A DNA stretch of 64,000 nt from a virus. The position numbers and the translations under genes were made by a program. The notes below the pieces were generated by a model. That model saw only the letters and a program-made list of their open reading frames with translations. It did not search any database and was not told the origin of the DNA. Shown here piece after piece: positions 25,492 through 35,429 of the stretch (positions are counted from its first letter, which is position 1; every line of letters starts with the position of its first letter). The DNA lies in the IMG/VR virus record IMGVR_UViG_3300008259_004660, positions 64,001 to 128,000 of that record; one strand, given 5' to 3'.

Positions 25492-25788
25492 ATGAGCTAC
25501 AACATCTCTAGTTGCTTGATCAAGTCGTCTGCGATTACCAGCCATCCTAATGGTGAACTGACCACACGAGCTTTTGTTAATTATTTTGACAATCAGTTTG
25601 TTGGAAAGTTCAGTCCTGTCAAAGTGGAAAAGCTTGATATTACCAATTCAAATGGTGTAAGTTTTTTTAAGCGTGATGCTGATATCAGCGTTTCTGCTCT
25701 TCGCGCCATTGCTGCTGGTTTAATTGAAATTGCCGATAGTGCTGAACAGGCGCATGCTCGTATGGCTGAATTGAACAAGAAGGCTTGA
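25492..25788 (+). CDS. hypothetical protein
   Basis: Promoter cassette; 98 aa. Confidence 0.6.
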   Translation: MSYNISSCLIKSSAITSHPNGELTTRAFVNYFDNQFVGKFSPVKVEKLDITNSNGVSFFKRDADISVSALRAIAAGLIEIADSAEQAHARMAELNKKA

Positions 25789-25821
25789 CATTGGTTAAAA
25801 CAACATTCAATCTATCTACCT

Positions 25822-26511
25822 ATGCCTAATTGGTGCTCAAACACAATCGTTGTTAGTGGTGAAGCTGCTGATGTTGTCGAATTCAATGAGTGGCTTGGCG
25901 ATGGCAAGGCTCTGCTGTCCAAGATCAATCCTACGCCAACACAGTTGACTGAAACTACCGCTGGGTTTCACGGTGATCCTGAAAAGCAAAAAGAGCTTGA
26001 AAAGCAAGAGCAATCTAATCTTGAACAGTTTGGTCACAAGAACTGGTATGATTGGAACATTGCCAATTGGGGAACCAAGTGGGATGTTGATGCTGAAGTG
26101 GATGATGTCAGCAGCATTAATGAACAGATTATTTTTAGTTTTGAAAGTGCTTGGGCTCCACCGCAGCGTGCCATCTCTGCTATTGCTGAAAAGTTCAACA
26201 AGTTGACCATTCGTCATTCTTATCTTGAAGAGGGTGTTGGTTTCGTTGGATATGATTTGTATGAGAAGGGCGAGTTAGCCAACGAAGAATACAATGAGGA
26301 CTCTGATAGTGATGCTTGGAAGCAGCTTGCGCAGGATGAATTTGGTTGGGAGCCTTGGCCCGACGATGATACTGAACTGGAGCAGGTTGAAGTCACGGAA
26401 GTTCCAAAGCCTGCTGAAAAGCCTGCCAAGAAAAAGGTGAAGAAGACTGCTGTCAAAAAGACTTCCAAGAAAACGACAAAGAAAGTCGCAAAGAAGAAAA
26501 AGAAGAAGTAA
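25822..26511 (+). CDS. YubB/DUF1281-like ferredoxin-fold protein with Lys-rich tail
   Basis: MPNWC, WYDWNIANWGTKWD, FESAWAPP; PAKKKVKK tail. Confidence 0.75.
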   Translation: MPNWCSNTIVVSGEAADVVEFNEWLGDGKALLSKINPTPTQLTETTAGFHGDPEKQKELEKQEQSNLEQFGHKNWYDWNIANWGTKWDVDAEVDDVSSINEQIIFSFESAWAPPQRAISAIAEKFNKLTIRHSYLEEGVGFVGYDLYEKGELANEEYNEDSDSDAWKQLAQDEFGWEPWPDDDTELEQVEVTEVPKPAEKPAKKKVKKTAVKKTSKKTTKKVAKKKKKK

Positions 26512-26537
26512 AATTTGGTGAGGTAGGTGTTCATAGT

Positions 26538-26571
26538 GGCGGGGGAGCGTAGTGGCTCCCCCGCCTTTTTT
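26538..26571 (+). terminator. intrinsic terminator (copy 1 of duplicated cassette)
   Basis: GGCGGGGGAGC/GCTCCCCCGCC plus T6. Confidence 0.9.
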
Positions 26572-26610
26572 CTTGACTAACTTTAATTTTTAATCTTTAA
26601 TAAGAGCAAC

Positions 26611-26844
26611 ATGGACACCAAAGAATTTAATCGCGATCAATTGAAAAAATGCTTTCTTGATCTTTCAATACGAGCAAAAGAACTGAATGAACCCTACATC
26701 CAAAGTGTAGCAATGGTTCTTGCCGCATCAATTGCAGAAGAAAGTGATGCTGCTCTTGCTATTTGGGTAGGTGAGTTTGCCAAGATGAGAATTGATGACA
26801 TTGAAGATCAGATATTTGGTGAAGAAGATGAAAATGCGCCTTGA
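26611..26844 (+). CDS. hypothetical protein
   Basis: Promoter cassette; 77 aa. Confidence 0.65.
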   Translation: MDTKEFNRDQLKKCFLDLSIRAKELNEPYIQSVAMVLAASIAEESDAALAIWVGEFAKMRIDDIEDQIFGEEDENAP

Positions 26845-26878
26845 CTTTTGATAAAAAAGAATCATAGTTATCAGCACT

Positions 26879-27013
26879 ATGAAGATGAACACCACTATCA
26901 AGATTCGCAGCCAATTCACCTCTGGTCTTAATTTGGGTGGCTGCACCCACAAGACCAAGAAGGGCAAAGGCAGTTATTCTCGCAAAGCCAAGTATGGCAA
27001 TCGTTGGGAGTAA
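26879..27013 (+). CDS. arfA: ArfA-like ribosome rescue peptide (44 aa, not in track)
   Basis: HKTKKGKGSYSRKAKYGNRWE versus E. coli ArfA [22 protein letters not shown]. Confidence 0.7.
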   Translation: MKMNTTIKIRSQFTSGLNLGGCTHKTKKGKGSYSRKAKYGNRWE

Positions 27014-27033
27014 AATAAATTATTTCAAAGATT

Positions 27034-27309
27034 ATGAAACTGTACATCGCCAAATGGCCCAATGGAACCATCAGCATTCTTAATGCTTCAAGCAAAAAGG
27101 ATCTGTTCTTCAAATTGGACGAAGAAGGTGATCCTAATGAAGCTGAAATCACTTGTTTGAATTTTGAAGATAGCATTCATATCATCACAGAATTCAAAAA
27201 GAATGAAAATGGTATTGTTGAAATCGTGGATGATGTTCACCCAGAATTGAATTGGGATCTTGGTGAAACTAGTATTGATGCCGACGCAAAAATGATTTCA
27301 TTTGCTTGA
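27034..27309 (+). CDS. hypothetical protein
   Basis: WPNGTISI..LFFKLDEEGDP. Confidence 0.65.
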   Translation: MKLYIAKWPNGTISILNASSKKDLFFKLDEEGDPNEAEITCLNFEDSIHIITEFKKNENGIVEIVDDVHPELNWDLGETSIDADAKMISFA

Positions 27310-27343
27310 CTTTCATAAAAATTAGTTCAACCTTACCCAAGTT

Positions 27344-27631
27344 ATGAAAAACACCATCAAGTTCACCACGCCTGTTATATTTGGTTTGTCTACTGTTTTG
27401 GCCGACATCAACTCACTTGAATGTGCCATTGATGTTCAGAACAAGATCATCTACACTAATGATGTGGATGGATTCAAAACTGCATTTGATAATGGCGGTA
27501 TTGACCCCGAGGAATTTATTGTTGAGTCTGCCAACAAAGCAGATTACAACAAATTGATCAAGAAGCTTGAAGCTGAAAAGATCAAGGAAGAACAAGCTAA
27601 TGTAGCGTCTGATCTTGACATTTCAGAATAA
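27344..27631 (+). CDS. hypothetical protein
   Basis: Promoter cassette; 95 aa. Confidence 0.6.
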   Translation: MKNTIKFTTPVIFGLSTVLADINSLECAIDVQNKIIYTNDVDGFKTAFDNGGIDPEEFIVESANKADYNKLIKKLEAEKIKEEQANVASDLDISE

Positions 27632-27650
27632 AATATCATAGTTCAACAAT

Positions 27651-27995
27651 ATGAACATACTAGCACCCTCATTAATCAACAAGAATGCCGTGGTCAATGG
27701 ACCCAAGGTGGGTGATATTCTTTGCAGCACATATGGCTACGATGCTTGCATCGCCCATTTTGCCAAGGTAGTTGAAGTAACCAAGGCTAGTGTGAAGTTG
27801 GAACTGCTTGGTACCATTGATAATTACACAAGCCCAATGACTTGGGACAGCAAGCCAGACATTAATTCGTCTGGCGGCACTGTGGTAACGAAGCGATTCA
27901 AGGCCAATGGTGACAGCTATAAGGTCAAGGATACCAGCTGTGCCACGTTTTATCCTTGGTGCGGCAAGCCCATCAACTGCTACAACTATCATTAA
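27651..27995 (+). CDS. hypothetical phage protein
   Basis: KVGDILCSTYGYD..F.KVVEVT. Confidence 0.7.
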   Translation: MNILAPSLINKNAVVNGPKVGDILCSTYGYDACIAHFAKVVEVTKASVKLELLGTIDNYTSPMTWDSKPDINSSGGTVVTKRFKANGDSYKVKDTSCATFYPWCGKPINCYNYH

Positions 27996-28021
27996 AACAA
28001 TTGGTTAGGGTGTTCATGGAT

Positions 28022-28056
28022 GGCGGGGGAGCGTGGTGGCTCCCCCGCCTTTTTTT
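28022..28056 (+). terminator. intrinsic terminator (copy 2)
   Basis: Same 11-bp stem as 26538. Confidence 0.9.
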
Positions 28057-28102
28057 CAACTTTGTGCTTGAATTATTAAATTAATTTGGTCATAGTATTC
28101 TC

Positions 28103-28351
28103 ATGATGAACACCACCCTCACCGCCGATCAAGTCGCCCTCAATGCCTATCTCGCCGCCAAGAACGCGGAGTTTGAGGCTAAGTGCATTGCCGAGGGTGC
28201 AACGTTTTGGTGCGTCAGCGCCGTCACCGCCGCTGACCTTGCGGAGTATGGGGTATACACCGTTGAGCAATACAAGGTGTGGCGTGAGGAGCAGGATGCT
28301 CTGATTGACGCCAAGGAAGCTCGCAAAGCGAGCTATGGGTGGGGCGAGTAA
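28103..28351 (+). CDS. hypothetical protein
   Basis: Last early-cassette gene; AEYGVYTVEQY. Confidence 0.7.
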   Translation: MMNTTLTADQVALNAYLAAKNAEFEAKCIAEGATFWCVSAVTAADLAEYGVYTVEQYKVWREEQDALIDAKEARKASYGWGE

Positions 28352-28480
28352 GGTAACCCCCATACGGTAGGGGTGGGGGAGTGGGGGTCAAACGCGGCTT
28401 TACCCCCCACCCACCCCCCCGTTAGGTGGGGGTTTAGGTGTCTTCTAGGTGGGGTAAACCCCCCACCCCCCTACCGGGGC
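28352..28480. repeat. G/C-tract imperfect palindrome at the early/late junction
   Basis: Alternating GGGG and CCCC runs; GGTAGGGGTGGGGG mirrored by CCCCCACCCCC(C)TACC. Confidence 0.7.
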
Positions 28481-28854
28481 ATATACGTTTTATTGTCGTG
28501 GTCAATTTTTCATATCCATTTTTCATATATACGTTTTATAGTTTTTTCGTATATTACTTTTTCGCCATATATCCTCTTTTTTCAAATTTTAAAATTTTTG
28601 AATTTTTTGTTGATGGATTTTTGTATATACCATAATTTGTATTATGTGCATATAATTGAACAATTGTTGTATATGTGTTTAATTGTTTGTTCAATTGTTG
28701 TTCTTTGATTTGGTTTTTATTGAATATGTCAAATAAGGTTTTACCTTTTTAAACTTTTTCAATCAGTATGTAAAAATTCAGAATTTGCACAGGCTAAAAA
28801 TTTAGTTAATGAATTTTTGTATATACTATAGAGGATTTATATTTATTATGATAT

Positions 28855-30882
28855 ATGCCTAGTATAGTAACCAGTAGTCTGCAATTATATCTTATAGCTT
28901 CAAATACTGGAAGCTATCCTACTTCTGGTTCTGTATGGACTGATTTAAGTCCTAATGGGTATAGTACAGATATTATTGGTGGCCCATCTTTTAATACTAC
29001 ACATTTTAGTTTTGATGGTAGCGTTGAATATGTTGATACCAATCAAAGTTTAAGTTCTGAAACATTCTCTGTTGGCGCGTGGTTTAGATCATCTGCGGGT
29101 GGTGTAAAGATGATATTGTCCAAAGAGACCACAGGTGGTTGGCCTTGGAATTATCGCATATGGTTGAATGGTGGAACGATTATTGGTGATATTGCTCTTT
29201 CTGGTGGTCAAAGTCAAACTATAAGCAGTACACTTACCAATTACAACAATGGGTCTTGGTATTATGTGATGTTTACCCGAGATGATTCCAATTTATATTT
29301 GTATGTAAATGGCGTCCAAATAAAGACACAAGCGGATACAATGGTGGGTAGCATAACAAATGCTCAAGAATTATGGATTGGTCGCAGCGCATTTACAGCC
29401 GGTGGTGTTAATCCAAATGGAAGTTATCAATATGTTGGTGATATTGCTGAAGTATTCATATATGATTCTATTTTGACATCGGGTGAAGTGTTGCAGAATT
29501 TTGACGCGACTAAACACACATATTATCCGCCAACTCCAACGCCCACACCAACTCCCACGGAAACGCCCACGCCATCACCCACAGCAACCGCCACGCCGCT
29601 TCCAACCGACACACCAACTCCAACACCAACGCCCACGCCATCACCCACAGCAACCGCCACGCCGCTTCCAACCGACACACCAACTCCAACACCAACGTTG
29701 ACAGAAACACCAACGCCCACGCCATCGGCAACTCCGACACCATTACCAACCGACACACCCACTCCCACTCCCACAAATACGGCAACTCCTACTCCTACAC
29801 CAACTCTTACCGCAACACCAACACCTACTCCTACGCCATACATACAACCAACTCCGGGGTGTCCACAAGTAACAAACAGTGGTAGCATATATTTCAATGG
29901 AACTTCATATGCTGAATTTCAATCCAGTAGTATATGGGCAGTAGGAAGAGGAGATTTTACCTTTGAGTGGTATATGAAAATCACAGGATCAGTTGCATCA
30001 CATCCTACTCAAAGTATATTTTACATGGGAGGACCGGGAGATACACTAGGACATCTTAGTGCAAGAATATATGATGGTGACACAATAAGATTTTCAATGA
30101 ATAATAGATATGTGGCAGAGGGGCATCCATTAAACATATATGATAAATGGACACATATGGCAATTTCTCATCGAAATGACAAATTGTATATTTTTCAAGA
30201 TGGTGTTCTGATTAGTGATTATACTTTGAATATAAATGCAAATGTTACCTCATCATTTCATCCGTTTAGTATTGGCGGCGCTTCAAATTTTGCATCAGTA
30301 TTGTATTATCAGGGATTGTTGACAAATTTTCATTACGTAAAAGGAGTTGGATTGTATGAAGGCGCTGGATACAGTATGGGTGACAAGGTTTTTCAAAAAC
30401 CAATGACGCCAATTCAGCCAGTAGAAGGAACAAAATTATTGTTGCTTGCTGATTATAGTTGCGTTCATCTATATAATTCTGCACCAGATACGCATATCAG
30501 TTCATCAAATCATGGCACGGCATATAACACAGCGCATCCTAATTTGAAAAAGTTCAACGTTCCAATCGGAGAATATTTCTTGGAGGGCGTGCCTAAAATG
30601 AATGATCAGAATTATTATTTGTTTGGGCTTGGAAAAGAAAAAGTGTATCCGCTTGAAGGTGGATTTGAATATGGTGAAAATATCGTGATGAACGCCACGG
30701 AAAAGAAATATAGTTTTGATTATTTTGAAATTCACTCTCCTATTACTGTTGTGAGTAGTGATATGTTCTATATTACAGCTTATGGATTTACCGCTTCGTA
30801 TGATCCAAGAACAGAAGTAAAAATGACTATAGATACTGATGTAAGTGGTAGCAACTCACCAATAATTGCCAGATATAGATAA
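28855..30882 (+). CDS. Probable virion protein: two LamG/ConA-like domains joined by a Pro-Thr linker
   Basis: [16 protein letters not shown]; [15 protein letters not shown]; about 100-aa (PT)n. Confidence 0.8.
   Translation: MPSIVTSSLQLYLIASNTGSYPTSGSVWTDLSPNGYSTDIIGGPSFNTTHFSFDGSVEYVDTNQSLSSETFSVGAWFRSSAGGVKMILSKETTGGWPWNYRIWLNGGTIIGDIALSGGQSQTISSTLTNYNNGSWYYVMFTRDDSNLYLYVNGVQIKTQADTMVGSITNAQELWIGRSAFTAGGVNPNGSYQYVGDIAEVFIYDSILTSGEVLQNFDATKHTYYPPTPTPTPTPTETPTPSPTATATPLPTDTPTPTPTPTPSPTATATPLPTDTPTPTPTLTETPTPTPSATPTPLPTDTPTPTPTNTATPTPTPTLTATPTPTPTPYIQPTPGCPQVTNSGSIYFNGTSYAEFQSSSIWAVGRGDFTFEWYMKITGSVASHPTQSIFYMGGPGDTLGHLSARIYDGDTIRFSMNNRYVAEGHPLNIYDKWTHMAISHRNDKLYIFQDGVLISDYTLNINANVTSSFHPFSIGGASNFASVLYYQGLLTNFHYVKGVGLYEGAGYSMGDKVFQKPMTPIQPVEGTKLLLLADYSCVHLYNSAPDTHISSSNHGTAYNTAHPNLKKFNVPIGEYFLEGVPKMNDQNYYLFGLGKEKVYPLEGGFEYGENIVMNATEKKYSFDYFEIHSPITVVSSDMFYITAYGFTASYDPRTEVKMTIDTDVSGSNSPIIARYR
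29562..29697 (+). repeat. 66-bp tandem duplication in the PT linker
   Basis: Units at 29562 and 29628 are identical. Confidence 0.85.
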
Positions 30883-30892
30883 TTATGTATAT

Positions 30893-31069
30893 ATGAATCC
30901 AAATATCAAAGAAATCGGACATGTTATCAAACAGATGCAAGTTTTGGGAGGGTCATCAAAAGCTCCCACTTTTAATCAAGCGGCAGCAAATATTGTGAAG
31001 CAGGGAATTGATCAAAAACGAGAAGAGCAAAAGCAAAATGTTCCACAGAATCATAAACCCCTAAACTGA
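30893..31069 (+). CDS. hypothetical small protein
   Basis: ATG 30893, MNPNIKEIG. Confidence 0.5.
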   Translation: MNPNIKEIGHVIKQMQVLGGSSKAPTFNQAAANIVKQGIDQKREEQKQNVPQNHKPLN

Positions 31070-31112
31070 TTATATTGATGGGGCGTCGTATATTTATATA
31101 TGCGACATTTTT

Positions 31113-32174
31113 ATGGTAAGAACAATTCCACTCAACGGCAATCCAAATGGCCAAGTTTTTGGCACAATTGGTTCATTGATTGAAATGTCGGATGGATTGA
31201 AGTATGTAAAAGTGTCTGACGACTCATTGAATATTGGTTGGGAATCATATAACGCAACTCCGACGCCAACACCAACACCAACTGTTACACCAACACCAAC
31301 TGTTACACCAACACCAACTCCAACTGTTACTCCGGTTTCAACCGCAACACCAACACCAACTCCAACAGGTGCTCCAACATCAACACCAACACCAACTCCA
31401 ACAGTGGGTGGCGGATCAAGAGTTTTGTCATCACTGACTCCTATACAATACGGAAAAAGTTCATGGGATCTTGACGTAGATGGTCCTCTTTATGTTTACA
31501 ACCCAACTCTTATTTTTAGCTCAAGTTTTTGCTATGCAAATTTTGAAATAAATGCGGCATATGGAGGAAATGGTGGAGATGATGATTTCCAAGGAGGACA
31601 AGGAAGCTTTGGAAACAGAATGATATTTGGTGTGATAATGAGTAATTCGGTAGTTTATTCAATATCAAATGGACAAGCTGGTGAAAGTGGCACAACGGGT
31701 ACGGCTAACACCGGCGGAGGGGGTGGAACTACTGGAGCGACTGGTAAAAACGGAGGAGATGGTGGAGATGCTGGACCAGATGGATTTTCGGGTGGAGGTG
31801 GAGGAGGTGGTGGAGCGACTATACTTTTTGGGAATGGGTCTCCGATTGCAATTGTAGGTGGAGGTGGAGGTGGAGGTGGAGGTGGGCAGTATTCACAGGG
31901 ACAAGATGCAAATTGGGGCGTACCATCTTGGAATCCATCTGGGATGGGAGGAACATATTATACTGGAAGTGATGGTGCAGATGCTACCGGAGACGGGGGT
32001 GGTGGTGGAGGCGGTGGCGGATTTGCTGGATCGGGAGGAGCCGGTGGGGGCGACAATGATTTCGGGGGAGAAGCTGGAACAAATGGATATATGTGGACAG
32101 GATCAATAGCGGCACTTGTATCATGGCAAACACCAAGTAGTTCAAGTGGAAATGGGTTTGTTAAAATTTACTAA
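31113..32174 (+). CDS. Probable virion protein: anchor module, PT stalk, glycine-rich domain
   Basis: (PT)n then GGGGG-rich C-terminus ending GNGFVKIY. Confidence 0.75.
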   Translation: MVRTIPLNGNPNGQVFGTIGSLIEMSDGLKYVKVSDDSLNIGWESYNATPTPTPTPTVTPTPTVTPTPTPTVTPVSTATPTPTPTGAPTSTPTPTPTVGGGSRVLSSLTPIQYGKSSWDLDVDGPLYVYNPTLIFSSSFCYANFEINAAYGGNGGDDDFQGGQGSFGNRMIFGVIMSNSVVYSISNGQAGESGTTGTANTGGGGGTTGATGKNGGDGGDAGPDGFSGGGGGGGGATILFGNGSPIAIVGGGGGGGGGGQYSQGQDANWGVPSWNPSGMGGTYYTGSDGADATGDGGGGGGGGGFAGSGGAGGGDNDFGGEAGTNGYMWTGSIAALVSWQTPSSSSGNGFVKIY

Positions 32175-32177
32175 TAT

Positions 32178-33617
32178 ATGTCTAATACAATTGCATCACA
32201 TGGTTATCCAACAGGAAGTGTTTTTGGAAACATTGGAGAAATAATTGGAACAGACGTAGGTCAAGCGTATTATAAACAATTGTTTGATACACAAAATGTG
32301 GGATGGGTCAATCCAAGAACTCCAACGCCAACACCAAGTCCTACACCAACACCAACACCAGTTCCTGCTACTATAAGTAATTTTTTGTGTGAGACACTAC
32401 ACGCGACAGCATCTACAAAATGTAACAACGAATTTAAATTACAATGGTCAACAACAGACGTTTCTGATTTGGTATATTCAGTTGAATGGGGAAGAGCGGC
32501 AACAGCGGCAGACCCAGTTTATATTCTTGGATCATCAGCGACCACAATAACAAGTAGTACATTATTTTCTCCTACACCATTCTTATCGATTCCAAAAGGA
32601 AATTTTGAACTCGGATTCACCAGACCATCTGGTGTTCAGGATACCGCAAAAATATTTGTTTCAACAATTGGTTCAAGAAAAATAGATTCTGCCAGATTAT
32701 ATTCATACAACTCTGGGTCAAACACAGTATATATGGCTGTTGAGAATATATCTGGAAAATATATCTATCATATCAGAAACTCTGACGGAAAGGTTAGCGG
32801 AAGTACTGGAGGATTTATCAGCAGTATTATAAGTGGATCTTCAAGACAAGTAATGTCAGTTACAAATTCTGGTAGAGATACCACTGAATTATTTGAAATA
32901 ATTGAACCGATTGATACATTGTCTTTTGATCCAAGAGAAGTGAAGCCATGTTTTTCAATAGCACCCACGGCAACACCAACACCTACACCAACACCCGCTC
33001 CGACTACCACGCCAACGCCAACCACGACACCAACACCGACGCCGTCACTTACACCGACGCCTACGCCAACGGAAACTGGTGCGCCTACATTTACACCAAC
33101 CCCAACAGGTGCTCCAACTGCAACACCAACGCCAACACCGTCGTTGACCGCAACACCAACGCCAACAACAACGCCAACTCCTACACCAACGGCAGCACCT
33201 TCTCAATTTTTCACTCACTCATTTTGGTTAGACTTTGATAATCTAGGTAGAGCTTCAGCGTCATGGTTGGATGGAAATAATGTGGTGCAAACAAATGCAA
33301 TAACATCAGGTACTCCATTTACAACATGTATAAATGGATCATGCGCAAGACAAGACTCTATTTCAGTAATACATGGAACAAATTACAGAATAGCAAGTAC
33401 TTGTGGTGGGTTAGATCCTCGTTCTGCTTCATTTCAAATTGACGTTCTTACAAATTTGAACGGAGAATATAATTTTACATATAAAGATCCTTATGGAGTA
33501 ACCAGAATTGCATCTGGAGTGGCTTCACCGAGTACAAACACATATTCAGTTGCATGTGGATTCCAAATAGTTTCACAAACACTTGGTGTCGCATCATTGT
33601 CATCTCGTCGCTGCTAA
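32178..33617 (+). CDS. Probable virion protein with PT stalks
   Basis: N-terminus similar to 31113; two PT tracts. Confidence 0.7.
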   Translation: MSNTIASHGYPTGSVFGNIGEIIGTDVGQAYYKQLFDTQNVGWVNPRTPTPTPSPTPTPTPVPATISNFLCETLHATASTKCNNEFKLQWSTTDVSDLVYSVEWGRAATAADPVYILGSSATTITSSTLFSPTPFLSIPKGNFELGFTRPSGVQDTAKIFVSTIGSRKIDSARLYSYNSGSNTVYMAVENISGKYIYHIRNSDGKVSGSTGGFISSIISGSSRQVMSVTNSGRDTTELFEIIEPIDTLSFDPREVKPCFSIAPTATPTPTPTPAPTTTPTPTTTPTPTPSLTPTPTPTETGAPTFTPTPTGAPTATPTPTPSLTATPTPTTTPTPTPTAAPSQFFTHSFWLDFDNLGRASASWLDGNNVVQTNAITSGTPFTTCINGSCARQDSISVIHGTNYRIASTCGGLDPRSASFQIDVLTNLNGEYNFTYKDPYGVTRIASGVASPSTNTYSVACGFQIVSQTLGVASLSSRRC

Positions 33618-33828
33618 TATTTAAAACAGAAAAATGTTCTGAAAAATCCCTTGATGTAAAACCACGGATTTTTTCTTTGTTGAAGACACCTTCCTATACA
33701 GCGCAGATGTATATAAGCATGCCTAGCTCTATCTGACACTGTAAATCTCATATCGTAATAAATAAATAGTTATTTTTTTATTAAAAAGACATTGACTTTA
33801 CATAAAATGGTGTCATTGTATTTCGCGT

Positions 33829-34020
33829 ATGAGTAATACAACAAACAACAATATTAAACGTGGTCGCGGTCGTCCTCGCAAGGAGTCCACAATTAAAGCC
33901 GCCAATAAAAATGAAAATATTGATACTGGTATTCCTGCGCTCTTGGAACCAAACAGTCACGACATTCACGACGAACTGGCTCGTATGGATAGTTACATTT
34001 ATTCTCAGTACAACGAATAA
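33829..34020 (+). CDS. AT-hook small protein
   Basis: KRGRGRPRK. Confidence 0.6.
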   Translation: MSNTTNNNIKRGRGRPRKESTIKAANKNENIDTGIPALLEPNSHDIHDELARMDSYIYSQYNE

Positions 34021-34028
34021 AAACAAGC

Positions 34029-34220
34029 ATGAATAATAACACTGCTGAAAAAACAGAAACCGCAATGTATGCCGTTTTCCGAAATGGCTTCCGCGTTAGC
34101 GACTCGGAGTATGACTCCAAGCTAGACGCCCAACGAGAGTTGGATTATTGGGGAGGAATTATCAAGCGCCATCCTGATGGTAGTAAGCTTGAGATTCGTC
34201 AACTTAACTATCGTCGATAA
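34029..34220 (+). CDS. hypothetical protein
   Basis: YAVFRNGFRVSDSEY. Confidence 0.6.
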   Translation: MNNNTAEKTETAMYAVFRNGFRVSDSEYDSKLDAQRELDYWGGIIKRHPDGSKLEIRQLNYRR

Positions 34221-34226
34221 AATATT

Positions 34227-34430
34227 ATGACAGGACTAAGACAAAAAATTCTACTAGCTACTTCCGAGGAAGAAGTAAAGAAGCTTGTAGCCGAAGGTAA
34301 AACATACGAATTTGCAAGTGTAAAGACTCGCAATTCGTGGGGAAATGCCGCTCGCAGAAAGTCTGCTGGTGAGAAGTATATTCCCACCAAGGCAGAAAAG
34401 CCCAAGAAGAAAGCTCGACGCAGTCGATAA
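34227..34430 (+). CDS. hypothetical basic protein
   Basis: 67-aa ORF followed by a terminator. Confidence 0.6.
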   Translation: MTGLRQKILLATSEEEVKKLVAEGKTYEFASVKTRNSWGNAARRKSAGEKYIPTKAEKPKKKARRSR

Positions 34431-34436
34431 AAATAT

Positions 34437-34459
34437 GGGGAGCGAAAGCTCCCCTTTTT
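34437..34459 (+). terminator. intrinsic terminator
   Basis: GGGGAGC-GAAA-GCTCCCC-TTTTT. Confidence 0.9.
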
Positions 34460-34463
34460 ATTC

Positions 34464-34922
34464 ATGAAAAAAATTTCCAAGAAAGAAAATGCGGCGATAC
34501 ATTGTGATTTACTTGAAGTGAATCCATTGTTTGGTGCAATGTGGCAAAGCTTTGAGCCGATGATATTTGAAGAAGAAGCGGAGAGTGTTGAATTGGAAAT
34601 ATGCAACAATAATTTCAGAATCGTTGCCAATGAAAACTTTTGGAAAAAGTGTAAGAATAAAAGAAAAATTTTTGTTATTTGTCACGAAATGTGTCATGTG
34701 ATTTTTGGACATTGGCTCATCAATTCAAATTTTGATAGAGAATGGGCAAATATAGCACAAGACATTGTGGTAAATGAATATCTTTCAAAATATTTTGATG
34801 AAAAGATAATTGGAAAAGATGTAGCCAACATTAAAACAGTATTTAAACATAAATCCGATATAGTAGAACGTAGGCTTGATTATGTATATTATTATGATCT
34901 TTTGATGCAATGTAGATCATAG
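34464..34922 (+). CDS. putative HExxH metallopeptidase (DUF2201 N-terminal-like)
   Basis: VICHEMCHV; NIAQDIVVNE. Confidence 0.65.
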   Translation: MKKISKKENAAIHCDLLEVNPLFGAMWQSFEPMIFEEEAESVELEICNNNFRIVANENFWKKCKNKRKIFVICHEMCHVIFGHWLINSNFDREWANIAQDIVVNEYLSKYFDEKIIGKDVANIKTVFKHKSDIVERRLDYVYYYDLLMQCRS

Positions 34923-34931
34923 TTATTTGAT

Positions 34932-35153
34932 ATGATGGTAGAGATCAAAGAGGACGAGCTTAAAACCAGAAAATTAAATGCTGGTGTGTTTATTTGCAAG
35001 TCGTGCAAAGACAACAAAGGAAAAATCGTTATGGTACAATATAAAACCAACGCGGAACCCGGAGTTTATTATCAATTTTGCGACGATTGTATGAAACTTA
35101 TGGGTACATGTGTACCATGTAAATCCAAATTGCCACCTAAGCCCCAACGCTGA
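34932..35153 (+). CDS. Cys-rich hypothetical protein
   Basis: CKSC, CDDC, CVPC. Confidence 0.6.
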   Translation: MMVEIKEDELKTRKLNAGVFICKSCKDNKGKIVMVQYKTNAEPGVYYQFCDDCMKLMGTCVPCKSKLPPKPQR

Positions 35154-35415
35154 TTGGACCCCATCTTGGTGGCTTATCTGGACACTGTGAATGTGGCATA
35201 TATAGTTTCATAGTACTGCATCCACACAACATGCATTTACCTATGTTGTTGTATCCTGTTTTATCCCAATTAGGACAAGCCAAGCATATATCTTTTCTTT
35301 GTTGAAATTGTTCGTCTGAAACTTTCTGGAATCCATCTTTTGTTGCCCAATTAACTGCGGCAGTTCCTAGACTTTTTGCTTTGTCTATCAAATTTGGTTC
35401 TTTGCTTATATCCAT
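35137..35415 (-). CDS. Cys-rich hypothetical protein (DUF6171-like)
   Basis: RKDICLACP, CMLCGC, KLYM..SQCP..W. Confidence 0.65.
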   Translation of the reverse strand: MDISKEPNLIDKAKSLGTAAVNWATKDGFQKVSDEQFQQRKDICLACPNWDKTGYNNIGKCMLCGCSTMKLYMPHSQCPDKPPRWGPISVGA

Positions 35416-35429
35416 AATACTTATATGTA

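Larger units (their letters stand above)
9666..28351 (+). promoter_or_regulatory. Array of >20 sigma70-type early promoters (TTGACT-16/17-YAnnnT) driving leaderless genes
   Basis: -35 boxes at 10112, 11593, 12187, 12428, 13272, 14973, 15501, 16933, 17241, 17750, 20268, 20467, 20913, 21751, 22160, 22427, 23335, 25455, 25785, 26573, 26841, 27306. Confidence 0.85.

Noticed and set aside
28373-28708. 111-aa ORF over the junction
   Set aside because: Translation of G/C and T tracts; low complexity
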